DNA of 64,000 nucleotides from Planctomycetota bacterium (GTDB taxonomy: Bacteria > Planctomycetota > UBA8108 > SXIK01), in contig CBDCXR010000004.1 in the NCBI GenBank assembly GCA_965223845.1, positions 2,272,001 through 2,336,000 on the forward strand. Reading direction: 5' to 3'. Each line of letters starts with the position of its first letter. Position 1 is the first letter of the stretch. Position numbers and translations under genes: made by a program. This document shows, piece by piece, positions 1 to 8,579 of the stretch. The notes beneath the pieces were generated by a model. The model saw only the letters and a list, made by a program, of their open reading frames with translations, did no database searches and was not told the DNA's origin.

Positions 1-90
1 GCTCGCGCCGCGGTAGACAACGCTCCGCGGGAGCGCCATCACCACGATCGCGAGAGCGAGAAAAAGTCCGAGGAACACCGCTTTCGCCAT
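1..90 (-). CDS. N-terminal fragment of a membrane/exported protein (runs off the window edge)
   Basis: ATG at 90 on the minus strand reads MAKAVFLGLFLALAIVVMALPRSVVYRGAS with no stop before position 1; hydrophobic signal-like N-terminus. Confidence 0.55.
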   Translation of the reverse strand, partial: MAKAVFLGLFLALAIVVMALPRSVVYRGAS

Positions 91-177
91 CGTCTTCGCT
101 CTCCGGTCCGCTTCTCGGGAGTTCCACGCCCACGCGGCGCCCCTCAAGATACCGAATCGGAGGCTCGAGTCGATCAC

Positions 178-594
178 TCAGACGACGTCACGCGCCGTCT
201 CGCCGTCACCGCCGGCGACGAGTTTCTGAACGACCGCAAGATTCGCGGGCGGCATTTCGAGCTCGGCGAGCTCGCTGAGCCGCACCCATCGGAGCGCCTG
301 TCCCTCGCGGGAGGCTACCTCGCCGGAGAGAACCGCGCAGGAAAAAAATGTCAGCTCGACGACGCGGTCTTCGTAGGCATGCTCGACCGCGTCGATCACT
401 TCGAGCCTCCCGACTTCGAGCCCCACCTCCTCGAGGACTTCCCTTCGAACCGCCTCGGCGGGTGTCTCTCCGGGCTCCGCCTTTCCGCCGGGAAACTCCC
501 AGCAGCCGCTCAAATGGCTCCCGCGAGTGCGCTGCGCGACGAGAACTCGCTCCCCGTCTCGAACGACGGCTGCACCCACGACGACGCGAAGCAC
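178..594 (-). CDS. mutT: Nudix hydrolase, MutT/NudG-like (deoxy)nucleoside triphosphate pyrophosphohydrolase
   Basis: WEFPGGKAEPGETPAEAVRREVLEEVG Nudix box; C-terminal PPAN as in MutT/NudG. Confidence 0.8.
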   Translation of the reverse strand: MLRVVVGAAVVRDGERVLVAQRTRGSHLSGCWEFPGGKAEPGETPAEAVRREVLEEVGLEVGRLEVIDAVEHAYEDRVVELTFFSCAVLSGEVASREGQALRWVRLSELAELEMPPANLAVVQKLVAGGDGETARDVV

Positions 595-598
595 GCGC

Positions 599-1174
599 TC
601 AGTCTCCCGAGCGGATCAGTCCGAGAACCTCGTTTCGCGTCGCGACGTTGTTGCGAAAGAGGCCGCGCATCGCCGACGTGATCACCGAGCTCCCGGGCTT
701 CTTGATCCCGCGGATCGTCATACAGGTGTGCGACGCTTCGAGCACCACGGCGACTCCGCGCGGCGCCGCCGCGTTTTCGACGAGATCCGCGATCTGATTG
801 GTCAGCCGCTCCTGGACCTGCGGCCGCTTCGCGTAGGCGTCGACCGCGCGGGCGAGCTTCGAAATCCCGAGCACCTTCCCGGTGGGGATGTACGCCGTGT
901 GAGCTCTCCCTGTGAATGGCAGCAGATGATGCTCACACATCGAGGAGAACGGGATGTCCTTCACGAGGACGATCTCGTCGTAGTCCTCCGAAAAGATCGT
1001 CTTGATCTCTTCGCTGGGATCGCGATGGAGTCCGGAGAACACTTCTTCGTACATCCGCGCGATCCGCTCGGGCGTTTCGCGAAGCCCCTCCCGCTCGGGA
1101 TCCTCGCCGATCGCCTCGAGGAGAAGCCGTCCGGCCTCGACCAACTTCGCGTGATCGAATCGCTCCACCATCAC
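599..1174 (-). CDS. folE: GTP cyclohydrolase I
   Basis: [39 protein letters not shown] and HTCMTIRG motifs. Confidence 0.97.
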   Translation of the reverse strand: MMVERFDHAKLVEAGRLLLEAIGEDPEREGLRETPERIARMYEEVFSGLHRDPSEEIKTIFSEDYDEIVLVKDIPFSSMCEHHLLPFTGRAHTAYIPTGKVLGISKLARAVDAYAKRPQVQERLTNQIADLVENAAAPRGVAVVLEASHTCMTIRGIKKPGSSVITSAMRGLFRNNVATRNEVLGLIRSGD

Positions 1175-1725
1175 CCTTCTCCTCCAGACGACAGCGGCAC
1201 GCTCGGCGACGCGTCCGCCGCACTCGATTCCTCGAGCCAGCGACGTCGGATCTTCTTGTACTTCTCTTCGGTACCCAGATAGAACCCGCGGTGAGTTTCA
1301 CCGAGAGGGAATCGTCGATAGATCGTGTGGCAAAGATAGCACACGGTGACATTCGCGAGTAACCGGTAGACGATCCAATCGATCGCAGCGATCGCAAGGA
1401 GGAGAACGACTCCGACGCGGTGTCCGTAGATCAACATCACGAGAAAAACGATCCCCGCAGAAGCGAGCACGATCGAGAGCCCGAGCTCGCGGTTGAAATC
1501 TTTCTGAATGTAGAACTCGTCGGCGCCGCAGATCCAGCACGATTCGAGCGCGGCATCCCCCGCGGGAGGTGAGGCGTCCAGCTTCGCCGTCCACGCGCAG
1601 CTCGGGCAGCTCCAGGCGGAGTCGTATCCGTCAACGGCGACGACGGTCGTTTGCTCGCAGCGCGGACACGCGACCTCAGCGGTCGGCGGGGCGGACGACG
1701 GACGATCGGAGCGTGGAGCGGGCAT
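1171..1725 (-). CDS. Uncharacterised membrane protein with four CxxC motifs (double zinc ribbon) and two TM helices
   Basis: CPRC, CPSC, CWIC, CYLC; two hydrophobic segments; stop overlaps the folE start (ATGA). Confidence 0.75.
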   Translation of the reverse strand: MPAPRSDRPSSAPPTAEVACPRCEQTTVVAVDGYDSAWSCPSCAWTAKLDASPPAGDAALESCWICGADEFYIQKDFNRELGLSIVLASAGIVFLVMLIYGHRVGVVLLLAIAAIDWIVYRLLANVTVCYLCHTIYRRFPLGETHRGFYLGTEEKYKKIRRRWLEESSAADASPSVPLSSGGEG

Positions 1726-1758
1726 CGCACTTGCGGTGGGAGAACGGGGGAGCGCGGC

Positions 1759-2667
1759 TCAGAGGAGCCAGCGCTGGGAGACGAGAAGATACTTCGCGAT
1801 GATCTCGCCGATCAACACAAACGCGACGGTGACGTAGAGGATTCCCGTCGCCGATTGGTTCGAGCGGATTTTCACGCAGCGCCAAGCCATCCAAAGAAGT
1901 CCCGTCGGCGCGACGAGTCCGAAGATCGCGCGGGTAAGAACGAACATCCCCGGCTCGAGGAGGACCCCGACCCAGCCCGAACGCGCGATCGTTTCGTCCC
2001 AACGCTCCGATTGAAGACCGACGCCGGTTGCCGTGACGAGCGCTCTCAGGAGGAGAATCCCGAGCAGCGCGGCGGTGATTCGCGCGAGCGGAGTGAACGA
2101 GAGCTTGTGCGCGACGAGGTACCAGTGGCCGAGCACCATCGCTACGAGCGAACCGCCGAGAAGGAGCGACGACGAAATAAACGTTGCGATCATCGCGAGG
2201 TGGGTCGTCGCGTCGGCGCCGTCCGTCCACTCGGCCGCGTCACCGGCGAGCCCCGCGAGCCCACAGACGATCGCGCCGACGAGGCACACGTGCGACACGA
2301 TGTTCCACCCGCCGTGTGGCGTGCCTTCGATCGCCTCGCGGCGCTCACTCCAGTCGACGCCCCGCTGTCTCGGGAGCACGGTGTTGTACACGATCAAAAA
2401 CGCACCGAGTCCGAGATATGCGTAGCTGATTCCGATGCCGACCGCCCCGATCGCGAGCGCGACGAACACGACGGCGATGAGACTGAGCAGGATGAAGAAT
2501 CTCCGACCGATCGCAGCGACGGGCACGAGCGGAAGGAACGGAGGAATGCCAGCGGCCATCGCCACGGCGAACAGATAAAACGTGCTGAACGGCGCCGACT
2601 CCGCGGTGAACGTCGCGAAGACGGTGCCGATGGCGTCCAGGACGAATTCGAAGGGCGAGCAGAACAC
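1759..2667 (-). CDS. Uncharacterised polytopic membrane protein (GHWYL motif; DmsC/cytochrome-assembly-like); start uncertain
   Basis: About 8 hydrophobic helices; AMVLGHWYL and NQSATGILY motifs; same strand as its neighbours. Confidence 0.75.
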   Translation of the reverse strand: MFCSPFEFVLDAIGTVFATFTAESAPFSTFYLFAVAMAAGIPPFLPLVPVAAIGRRFFILLSLIAVVFVALAIGAVGIGISYAYLGLGAFLIVYNTVLPRQRGVDWSERREAIEGTPHGGWNIVSHVCLVGAIVCGLAGLAGDAAEWTDGADATTHLAMIATFISSSLLLGGSLVAMVLGHWYLVAHKLSFTPLARITAALLGILLLRALVTATGVGLQSERWDETIARSGWVGVLLEPGMFVLTRAIFGLVAPTGLLWMAWRCVKIRSNQSATGILYVTVAFVLIGEIIAKYLLVSQRWLL

Positions 2668-2818
2668 GAGGACGATGCTCGGGAGGAGTGGGGCGAAGAC
2701 GCTGGATCTTATGGCCCCGCGTCCGCCGCGCCTCGGGAAAACCCCGGAACGGATGGTCGCACCGGCCGCACGAGATCAGAGGAGCCCCCGGGCGGCGGCG
2801 ACCCGGCTCAGCGCGAGC

Positions 2819-3031
2819 TCAGTGGCAGGCGCACGAACCGCCGCATCCCCCGCCGGGTGGAGCGGCGCCACCACTCGTCGACACGCGGGCGGCGAAGGCC
2901 GCGATCTGGCGCTCCGTGGCGCTCGAATCACATTCGGGGCACGGCGGAGAACGGTCGTTCTCGCTCGAGCTGCGCACGAGCTCTTCGAAGGTGTGATCGC
3001 AGTCGCAGCAGCGAAATTCGAAGAGGGGCAT
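2819..3031 (-). CDS. FmdB-family zinc ribbon protein
   Basis: MPLFEFRCCDCDHTFEELV...CPECDS and Gly/Cys tail GGGCGGSCACH; start set at ATG 3031. Confidence 0.88.
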   Translation of the reverse strand: MPLFEFRCCDCDHTFEELVRSSSENDRSPPCPECDSSATERQIAAFAARVSTSGGAAPPGGGCGGSCACH

Positions 3032-3163
3032 GATCGAACTCTCTCGGCGGTTCCTGGTTCGATTCTCGGCCGGGACGAGACGCATCGCCCTACCGCCCAC
3101 GACGAGACTACCGCCCACGAGGATTCAGCTCGTCGCCGAGGACCGATTCGAAACCGTACCGAA

Positions 3164-3622
3164 TCAGTCCCGGTCGGGCGAGTCCAAGGCCGCGGCGGCC
3201 GCGTCCTCGGGAAGATCGACCGGGATGCGGTCGGAGTACGTCTCGCCGAGCTCGTGCCAGGAGACGAGATCCGGGTGGTGGATGTCCCAGATCAAGTAGA
3301 TGCGCCGTCCGTCCCGCTCGGAATAGAAATAGACGAGCCCGCGCTCACGATCCTTGAGCAGCCCACCGAGCTGGCGAATCTCCTTCTCGAAGGAATCCAT
3401 GTCCCGGTTGTACTGCGCGACTTCGCGCTGCAGCCGGTACATCGTCTCGTCGATTTCGGGCGAGTTGAACTTCTTCGCGATGATCGACAACTCGTCGAGA
3501 AACTCGCGGTTCTTCTTTCGCCGTTCGTAACACGAGACGAAATCGCGCACGACACGCTTCAGCAGCGGTGCGCGGCTGAGCACGTCGTCTACGGTCAGGA
3601 TCTCTCGGGGTCGCTGAGCCAT
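3164..3622 (-). CDS. DUF2203-family protein
   Basis: Coiled-coil followed by LLKDRERGLVYF...GRRIYLIW...SWHE, a divergent match to the DUF2203 pattern. Confidence 0.72.
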   Translation of the reverse strand: MAQRPREILTVDDVLSRAPLLKRVVRDFVSCYERRKKNREFLDELSIIAKKFNSPEIDETMYRLQREVAQYNRDMDSFEKEIRQLGGLLKDRERGLVYFYSERDGRRIYLIWDIHHPDLVSWHELGETYSDRIPVDLPEDAAAAALDSPDRD

Positions 3623-3933
3623 CGCTGTCGGTGAGAGCTTCGTTCGGATTCGCGTGAGGGCGGAAGGATACGTGAGGGATCGGCCACGAGAGCGACGCGC
3701 CGAGATCGCAGAGACGTAGGGAACGCGACGGAGTCACGCTCGAACCCAGCGTCGCGCCCAGGAGCTCGCACCGCGCGACCGCAGCAGGTGCCCCGTGGAA
3801 CTGAGCTAAACTCGCCACCGACCGGACGCGCGCTCGACGAATCACCTGGTTCACCCGGTCCACCAGGCCGGACGTCACCGGACGAGACGTATCAGCGCGT
3901 TTGGCCGCCACCGCGGTCTTCGACTTTGCCAGT

Positions 3934-3962
3934 ATTCTATGGCGCCCCAAAGCGTCATGCAA
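3934..3962 (-). promoter_or_regulatory. sigma70-type promoter
   Basis: Minus strand TTGCAT (3962-3957), 17-nt spacer, TAGAAT (3939-3934), in an intergenic region. Confidence 0.65.
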
Positions 3963-4096
3963 TCTCGTTTTGCGGCGCGAGAGAGACCGATAAGCGCGAC
4001 GCAAACACGATCACAACAAGCCGCGATACCCTCCCAGCGATCACCCGTAGACACACAGGGCCGCCCGGCGCGTTGGGTCGGCGACAGCGACGGCGT

Positions 4097-4369
4097 TCAG
4101 TCTGACTTCGGTGACGACGAAACGTCGCGCAAGCGCTCCTCGAGGCGCTGCACATTCGCGCTCAGGGATCGAATCTGAACGACGGTGAACACCATGAACA
4201 GAAAGAGGAGGAGACACGCGAGACCGTACGCCCAGAAGATGTACGGCTGGTAGTCTGGCACGTGCTCGATGGGACGCGTCTCGAGCACCGGACCGGACTC
4301 GCTTGAGACCTCGGCCTGCCCCAATAGATTGGACGTCCGGAGCATCCATTCGAGAACGAACGCGGGCAT
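4097..4369 (-). CDS. ccmD: CcmD-like heme exporter small membrane protein
   Basis: Single TM helix YIFWAYGLACLLLFLFMVF followed by a charged helix; last gene after ccmA-ccmB. Confidence 0.6.
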   Translation of the reverse strand: MPAFVLEWMLRTSNLLGQAEVSSESGPVLETRPIEHVPDYQPYIFWAYGLACLLLFLFMVFTVVQIRSLSANVQRLEERLRDVSSSPKSD

Positions 4370-4370
4370 C

Positions 4371-5141
4371 TCACTCCTCCAGCACCTTGGGAAAGAGAAC
4401 GAAACCGACCGTGAGATAAATCACCCCGATTGCGAACGCCACGGAAATGTAATCGAGCGGGGAAAAATCACCGAGCGCAAACGTCCGTGCGACGAACCGT
4501 CCATCGGAGAGACCGAAGAGCTGCGGGCTCACGTCGAGCGTGAGCATGATGAGCGGGATCATGAGGACGAAAACGAGTATGCGAAGCACGACCTCCCCGG
4601 CACCGCCGAGCATCGTCGTCATCGCTGAGAGGATGACGCCGGGTGCGACGTAGGCGAACGAGAACGCCCCCACCGCGATGAGGAGTTGAATCCATCCCGC
4701 GCCCGGAGGTGGATTGAACAGCACGACGTAGACGCCGAGGAGAACGATCTGCATCGCGACGACGAGGATCCACGTCGACGCGACGCGCGCGAGGTATACC
4801 GTTCCCCAGTCGACCGGCGCGACCATCCAGCCGAGGATGGAGCGCGAATCCCGTTCGGCGGCGAACGCCTGCTGTAGACCGACCGTGCCGGCGAAGAGCG
4901 CCGCCACCCAGTAGAACGTCGGCCCGAGAGTCCGGCTCGCGCGCAGCACCGCGTCGCCGCGCAGCTCGGCCGGTACGTCCGCGCTGTCGACGAATTGACC
5001 GGCGAAGACGGTGATCCCGATCTGACCGACGAAGAGAATCAGCGTCGCGAAGAGGGTCATGTTGAGCGCGGTCTCCGGCCGGCGCAGCTCGCGCCGGAGA
5101 TCCCAACGGACAATCGCGATGAATTGGCCGAAGCCCTTCAC
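4371..5141 (-). CDS. ccmB: Heme exporter permease CcmB
   Basis: WDLRRELR N-terminus, FAAERDS motif, six TM segments; overlaps the ccmA stop. Confidence 0.85.
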   Translation of the reverse strand: MKGFGQFIAIVRWDLRRELRRPETALNMTLFATLILFVGQIGITVFAGQFVDSADVPAELRGDAVLRASRTLGPTFYWVAALFAGTVGLQQAFAAERDSRSILGWMVAPVDWGTVYLARVASTWILVVAMQIVLLGVYVVLFNPPPGAGWIQLLIAVGAFSFAYVAPGVILSAMTTMLGGAGEVVLRILVFVLMIPLIMLTLDVSPQLFGLSDGRFVARTFALGDFSPLDYISVAFAIGVIYLTVGFVLFPKVLEE

Positions 5142-5803
5142 GCGCCGCCCTCGCTCGTGAGTCGGCCCCCTTCAATCGAGTGCGTACGCGACGCCAAACG
5201 CGCGCCGAGAGCGGCATCGTGCGTTACGAGAACGGCCGCCCCGCCCTCGCGGCAGTACTCCCCGACGAACTCCTCGAGCACGGCGCAGCCCGCGGCGTCG
5301 AGTCCCGCGAACGGCTCGTCGAGGAGCCACAGGCCCGGTGAATGGAGCTGGCTGCGGATGATGTTCCCGCGCTTCAGCATTCCCTGGGAGAACGTCCTCA
5401 CGCGATCGTCCTTCCGGCGCGCGAGGCCGAATCGCTCGAGCAGCTCCGCCGCGCGGCCCGAGACGCGCCGCCACCCGAGACCGTGAAGTCCCGCGCCGAA
5501 GCGGAGGTTCTCTTCGAGAGTGAGCTCCGGACGAAGCGCGCTGTCGTGAAACACCGCACCGAGCTGCGCGCGCGCGGCCACGGGACGGCGCGCGACGTTC
5601 GTCCCGAACACGTGAACGCGCCCGCTCGTCGGACGCCAGAGCGTCGCGAGGATGCGAAGGAGCGTCGATTTCCCCGCCCCATTCGGCCCGCGAAGCACCG
5701 CGCACTCGCCGCGCGCGAACTCGACACTCACGGCGCGCAGCACATCTCGGTACCCGAATCGTTTCCGCACGGCCTCGACTTGCGCGGCCGCCGAGTTCGT
5801 CAC
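5138..5803 (-). CDS. ccmA: Heme exporter ATP-binding protein CcmA
   Basis: Walker A GPNGAGKST, signature FSQGM, Walker B WLLDEP, H-loop VTH; ccm context. Confidence 0.88.
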   Translation of the reverse strand: MTNSAAAQVEAVRKRFGYRDVLRAVSVEFARGECAVLRGPNGAGKSTLLRILATLWRPTSGRVHVFGTNVARRPVAARAQLGAVFHDSALRPELTLEENLRFGAGLHGLGWRRVSGRAAELLERFGLARRKDDRVRTFSQGMLKRGNIIRSQLHSPGLWLLDEPFAGLDAAGCAVLEEFVGEYCREGGAAVLVTHDAALGARLASRTHSIEGGRLTSEGGA

Positions 5804-7656
5804 GACTTCCCGTCCTCTCGCGGCACGGCCTTGAGGAGTGCCTCGAGCAACTGCGAGCGCTCGCGGAGAGTCTCCGAATCGGTTCGCTCCTCGGCGTCCA
5901 GCTTGTCGATGCGGCTCACGAGCTCACGGACCTTGGCGAGGGCTGGATCCGGCGCGGAACCTGCTTTCGCCCGCGCTGACGGCGCGAGGCTCTCCGCTTC
6001 GGCGCCGGTGCCGAGCTCTTCTGCCGCGAGGGCGACGAGCGCTTCGCGGTGGGCGCGATACTCGGCTTCGCGGATCGACTTCGCCTCGTAGCGCCGATCG
6101 AGGTCGACGATGCGATCGAGGATCTCCTCCCCACTCAAGTCGCCGAAGAGGGCGTCGACGCTGACGTTCTTTCTTCCCGCGGCGAGCCCGAGGAGCGTCG
6201 CGACGAGAAACGTGATCACGAACGCCGCCACCCATCGCACCGAGCTCCAGCGCACCTGGCGGATCGGTGCGTTGTTGACGTCGAGATGGAGATTCACAAT
6301 CGAGCCGGGTTCGAGCGTCTCCTGCGAAAAGAAAACTTCGAAGGCGCGATCGCGGTGGATCGGCGCGTCCGGGTGCTGAAACGTCGTGTGCTTGTCGATC
6401 TGCGCCGACGCGATGTCCATGTCCTCGTGGACGCACCATGCCGTGAACTTCTGCGGTGCAAAGGCGACCGGGACTCGGAAGCTCTGTGAGAGAGACTGGC
6501 GCGCCGGGATTTCGTAGCCGAGGCGCCAGTGCATACCCGCCATGTCGCGAAGCGAGTCGAAGAAACCGGGGACGGGATCGTCGACGACGGCCGATCGACC
6601 GTCGTCCGAGACGACCCAGCCGCCATAGGCTGAAGTCGGCCCGCGATTCTCGACGACCGTCGCGCCCTCCGGGAGCGGAACGCGGAAGAGCTCGCGCCGA
6701 TCGCCGCCCCGCGAGTTGCCCACGTACATGGTGTAGTCGGCGTACGCGAAGCGGAGATCCACCTGGACGCGGAGGAACGATTGTTCGTCTCTCCTCGTGT
6801 AATCGTACGTCACGGCGAACGTCGCAACGCGCATCGCATCGGAACGATCCGACGTGCGGTAGAGGAGAACGCTCGTCTCCCCACCTTGACCGGAAACGTA
6901 CGGCGAGAATATGCGTCCACCGCGATCGGTCGCTGAGACGACGAACGACGCATCTGGAGGAAGCGCCTCGAGACCGGTCTCGACCGAGATCCGTCCTTCG
7001 GCATCCGTCTTAGCGGGCCAGCTGCGGATGATCTCGCCCCGCCGTGCACGGTCGTCGGAGCGAACGCGCACCATCTCCACGACGACATCCTTGGACGCGA
7101 AGGCGACCTTGATCTCGTCACTGAACGCTTTCTCGAAATCGGCATCGGTGCTCGCGCGAGTGACCGCCGCCCGAAGCGCCGGGTAGCTCGCCTCGGCGTC
7201 GAACACGCGAAACCCGAGGGTCACGCCGGCCTCGAGTGATCCCGACGAGGCGACGAAGAGCGCCAGCGCAACGGCGACCGCTCCCATCTGAGCCTTCCGC
7301 GCCGCGATCGCCGATTCGACCCGACGAATGGCATTCGCGGGCGTGTGCACGCGGCTTCCCGAGCTCACCGCGTGAAGTCGCTGTCGGCGAACGCGTTCGA
7401 GCTGTTTCGTCACTTCGACCGCCTCTCGCTTCAGCGAATCCCGCAGCGCCGAGAACTCTGCCTCGCTCAGCGTGCCGGCTTCGCGTTCAAACTCGAGATC
7501 CTTGATTCGCCGGAGCAAGCGCCCGCGTCGGCGCTGAAGTCGTCCCAAGCGCCCGGCGCCGGCGTCGATGTCCCATCGCTCGCTCTCGCCGAGAAGTGAG
7601 TAGAGAATCACGCCCGCCGACGCGACGCCAACGAGGACCGTCATCGCCGTCACCAT
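5800..7656 (-). CDS. Ccm-associated membrane protein (CcmI-like N-terminus fused to a large extracytoplasmic domain)
   Basis: N-terminal TM plus IKDLEFEREAGTLSEAEF (CcmI-like), two further hydrophobic segments; overlaps both neighbouring ccm genes. Confidence 0.65.
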   Translation of the reverse strand: MVTAMTVLVGVASAGVILYSLLGESERWDIDAGAGRLGRLQRRRGRLLRRIKDLEFEREAGTLSEAEFSALRDSLKREAVEVTKQLERVRRQRLHAVSSGSRVHTPANAIRRVESAIAARKAQMGAVAVALALFVASSGSLEAGVTLGFRVFDAEASYPALRAAVTRASTDADFEKAFSDEIKVAFASKDVVVEMVRVRSDDRARRGEIIRSWPAKTDAEGRISVETGLEALPPDASFVVSATDRGGRIFSPYVSGQGGETSVLLYRTSDRSDAMRVATFAVTYDYTRRDEQSFLRVQVDLRFAYADYTMYVGNSRGGDRRELFRVPLPEGATVVENRGPTSAYGGWVVSDDGRSAVVDDPVPGFFDSLRDMAGMHWRLGYEIPARQSLSQSFRVPVAFAPQKFTAWCVHEDMDIASAQIDKHTTFQHPDAPIHRDRAFEVFFSQETLEPGSIVNLHLDVNNAPIRQVRWSSVRWVAAFVITFLVATLLGLAAGRKNVSVDALFGDLSGEEILDRIVDLDRRYEAKSIREAEYRAHREALVALAAEELGTGAEAESLAPSARAKAGSAPDPALAKVRELVSRIDKLDAEERTDSETLRERSQLLEALLKAVPREDGKS

Positions 7657-8579
7657 GACTCGTCCATGTCCTTCAGCTCCTTTTCGATCTCTTCGCCCCA
7701 GCGCTCGTCGTCTTCGCGCGGCTGCGCGCCCCCCGCCCTCGCTCCGTTCGAAGCGAGCTGCCCCTCTTCCGCTTGCCGCGCCGAACGGGTCTTCCTAAGA
7801 ACGAACGCGACGGCCACCGCAACCGCCGTCGCGAAAAACGCGAGGGGCAGAAAGTAGCTGAGAAGATCGATTCCCTCGGGGCGAACGTACCCCCGCACAC
7901 GCTCGCCTCCGTTCGGGTGGGCGACCATTCGATTCACGATCTCCTCGACCGAATAACCGGCGATGAGCCAGTCCTCGACGAGGTTTTTCTGCTCGTTCGC
8001 GCAGGCGTCCGGACAGCCGCTGAGCGTCTTCGTCCAGTTCTCGTTCGGGCACCAGCAGATGAGCGCCTGCCAGAGATACCCTCGTCGAGTGCGGACGTCT
8101 TCGTCGAGCGCATCCTGAAGAACCGCTTCGACGAGCGCGCGATCGGCATCGTCCGCGCCGTCGGTGATCGCGGTGAGCGCGCGGGCGGTGACGTTCCTCA
8201 GGACGCGACCGCGCTTCGCCGGATCGTCGGCGATCAGCTCCGTCGACCGCTCGCGGAGTGTGCGCACGAGCGAGCGAATGGGATTCCGGAGCGACGATCG
8301 TCCCCCGCTGCGCCGGCCGACCAAATCGTCCACGCGCGGCGCGACGACCCCGCCGTAGAGTTCGCTCTCCGCGCTCGGGTCCCCGTCGGGAACCGTTCCG
8401 ATCTCGACGCGGTGCTCCGTGTACCCGTCGTGGTGGTGATCGTGATCGTGCGTGGGACCGGAGTCGGGCACGCCGCCCGCCGGACGATCCTGTGCCGCGA
8501 GACGCACCGGACCGACGGCGACGGCGCAGCCTCCGACGAGCGCGGCGAGCGCGAGAAACCGAGCTCTGGCCGGAATCAT
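7650..8579 (-). CDS. ccmH: CcmH/CcmL-like cytochrome c biogenesis protein
   Basis: Signal peptide, Cys cluster LICWCPNE...GCPDAC, GYSVEEIVNRMV helix, C-terminal TM; ATG 8579 overlaps the ccmF TGA. Confidence 0.7.
   Translation of the reverse strand: MIPARARFLALAALVGGCAVAVGPVRLAAQDRPAGGVPDSGPTHDHDHHHDGYTEHRVEIGTVPDGDPSAESELYGGVVAPRVDDLVGRRSGGRSSLRNPIRSLVRTLRERSTELIADDPAKRGRVLRNVTARALTAITDGADDADRALVEAVLQDALDEDVRTRRGYLWQALICWCPNENWTKTLSGCPDACANEQKNLVEDWLIAGYSVEEIVNRMVAHPNGGERVRGYVRPEGIDLLSYFLPLAFFATAVAVAVAFVLRKTRSARQAEEGQLASNGARAGGAQPREDDERWGEEIEKELKDMDESW

Noticed and set aside
3735-3816. Possible tRNA on the minus strand (TTAGCTCAG ... GGGTTCGA)
   Set aside because: The anticodon, T and acceptor stems do not pair properly and the D-loop GG is missing; kept only as part of the structured-leader finding
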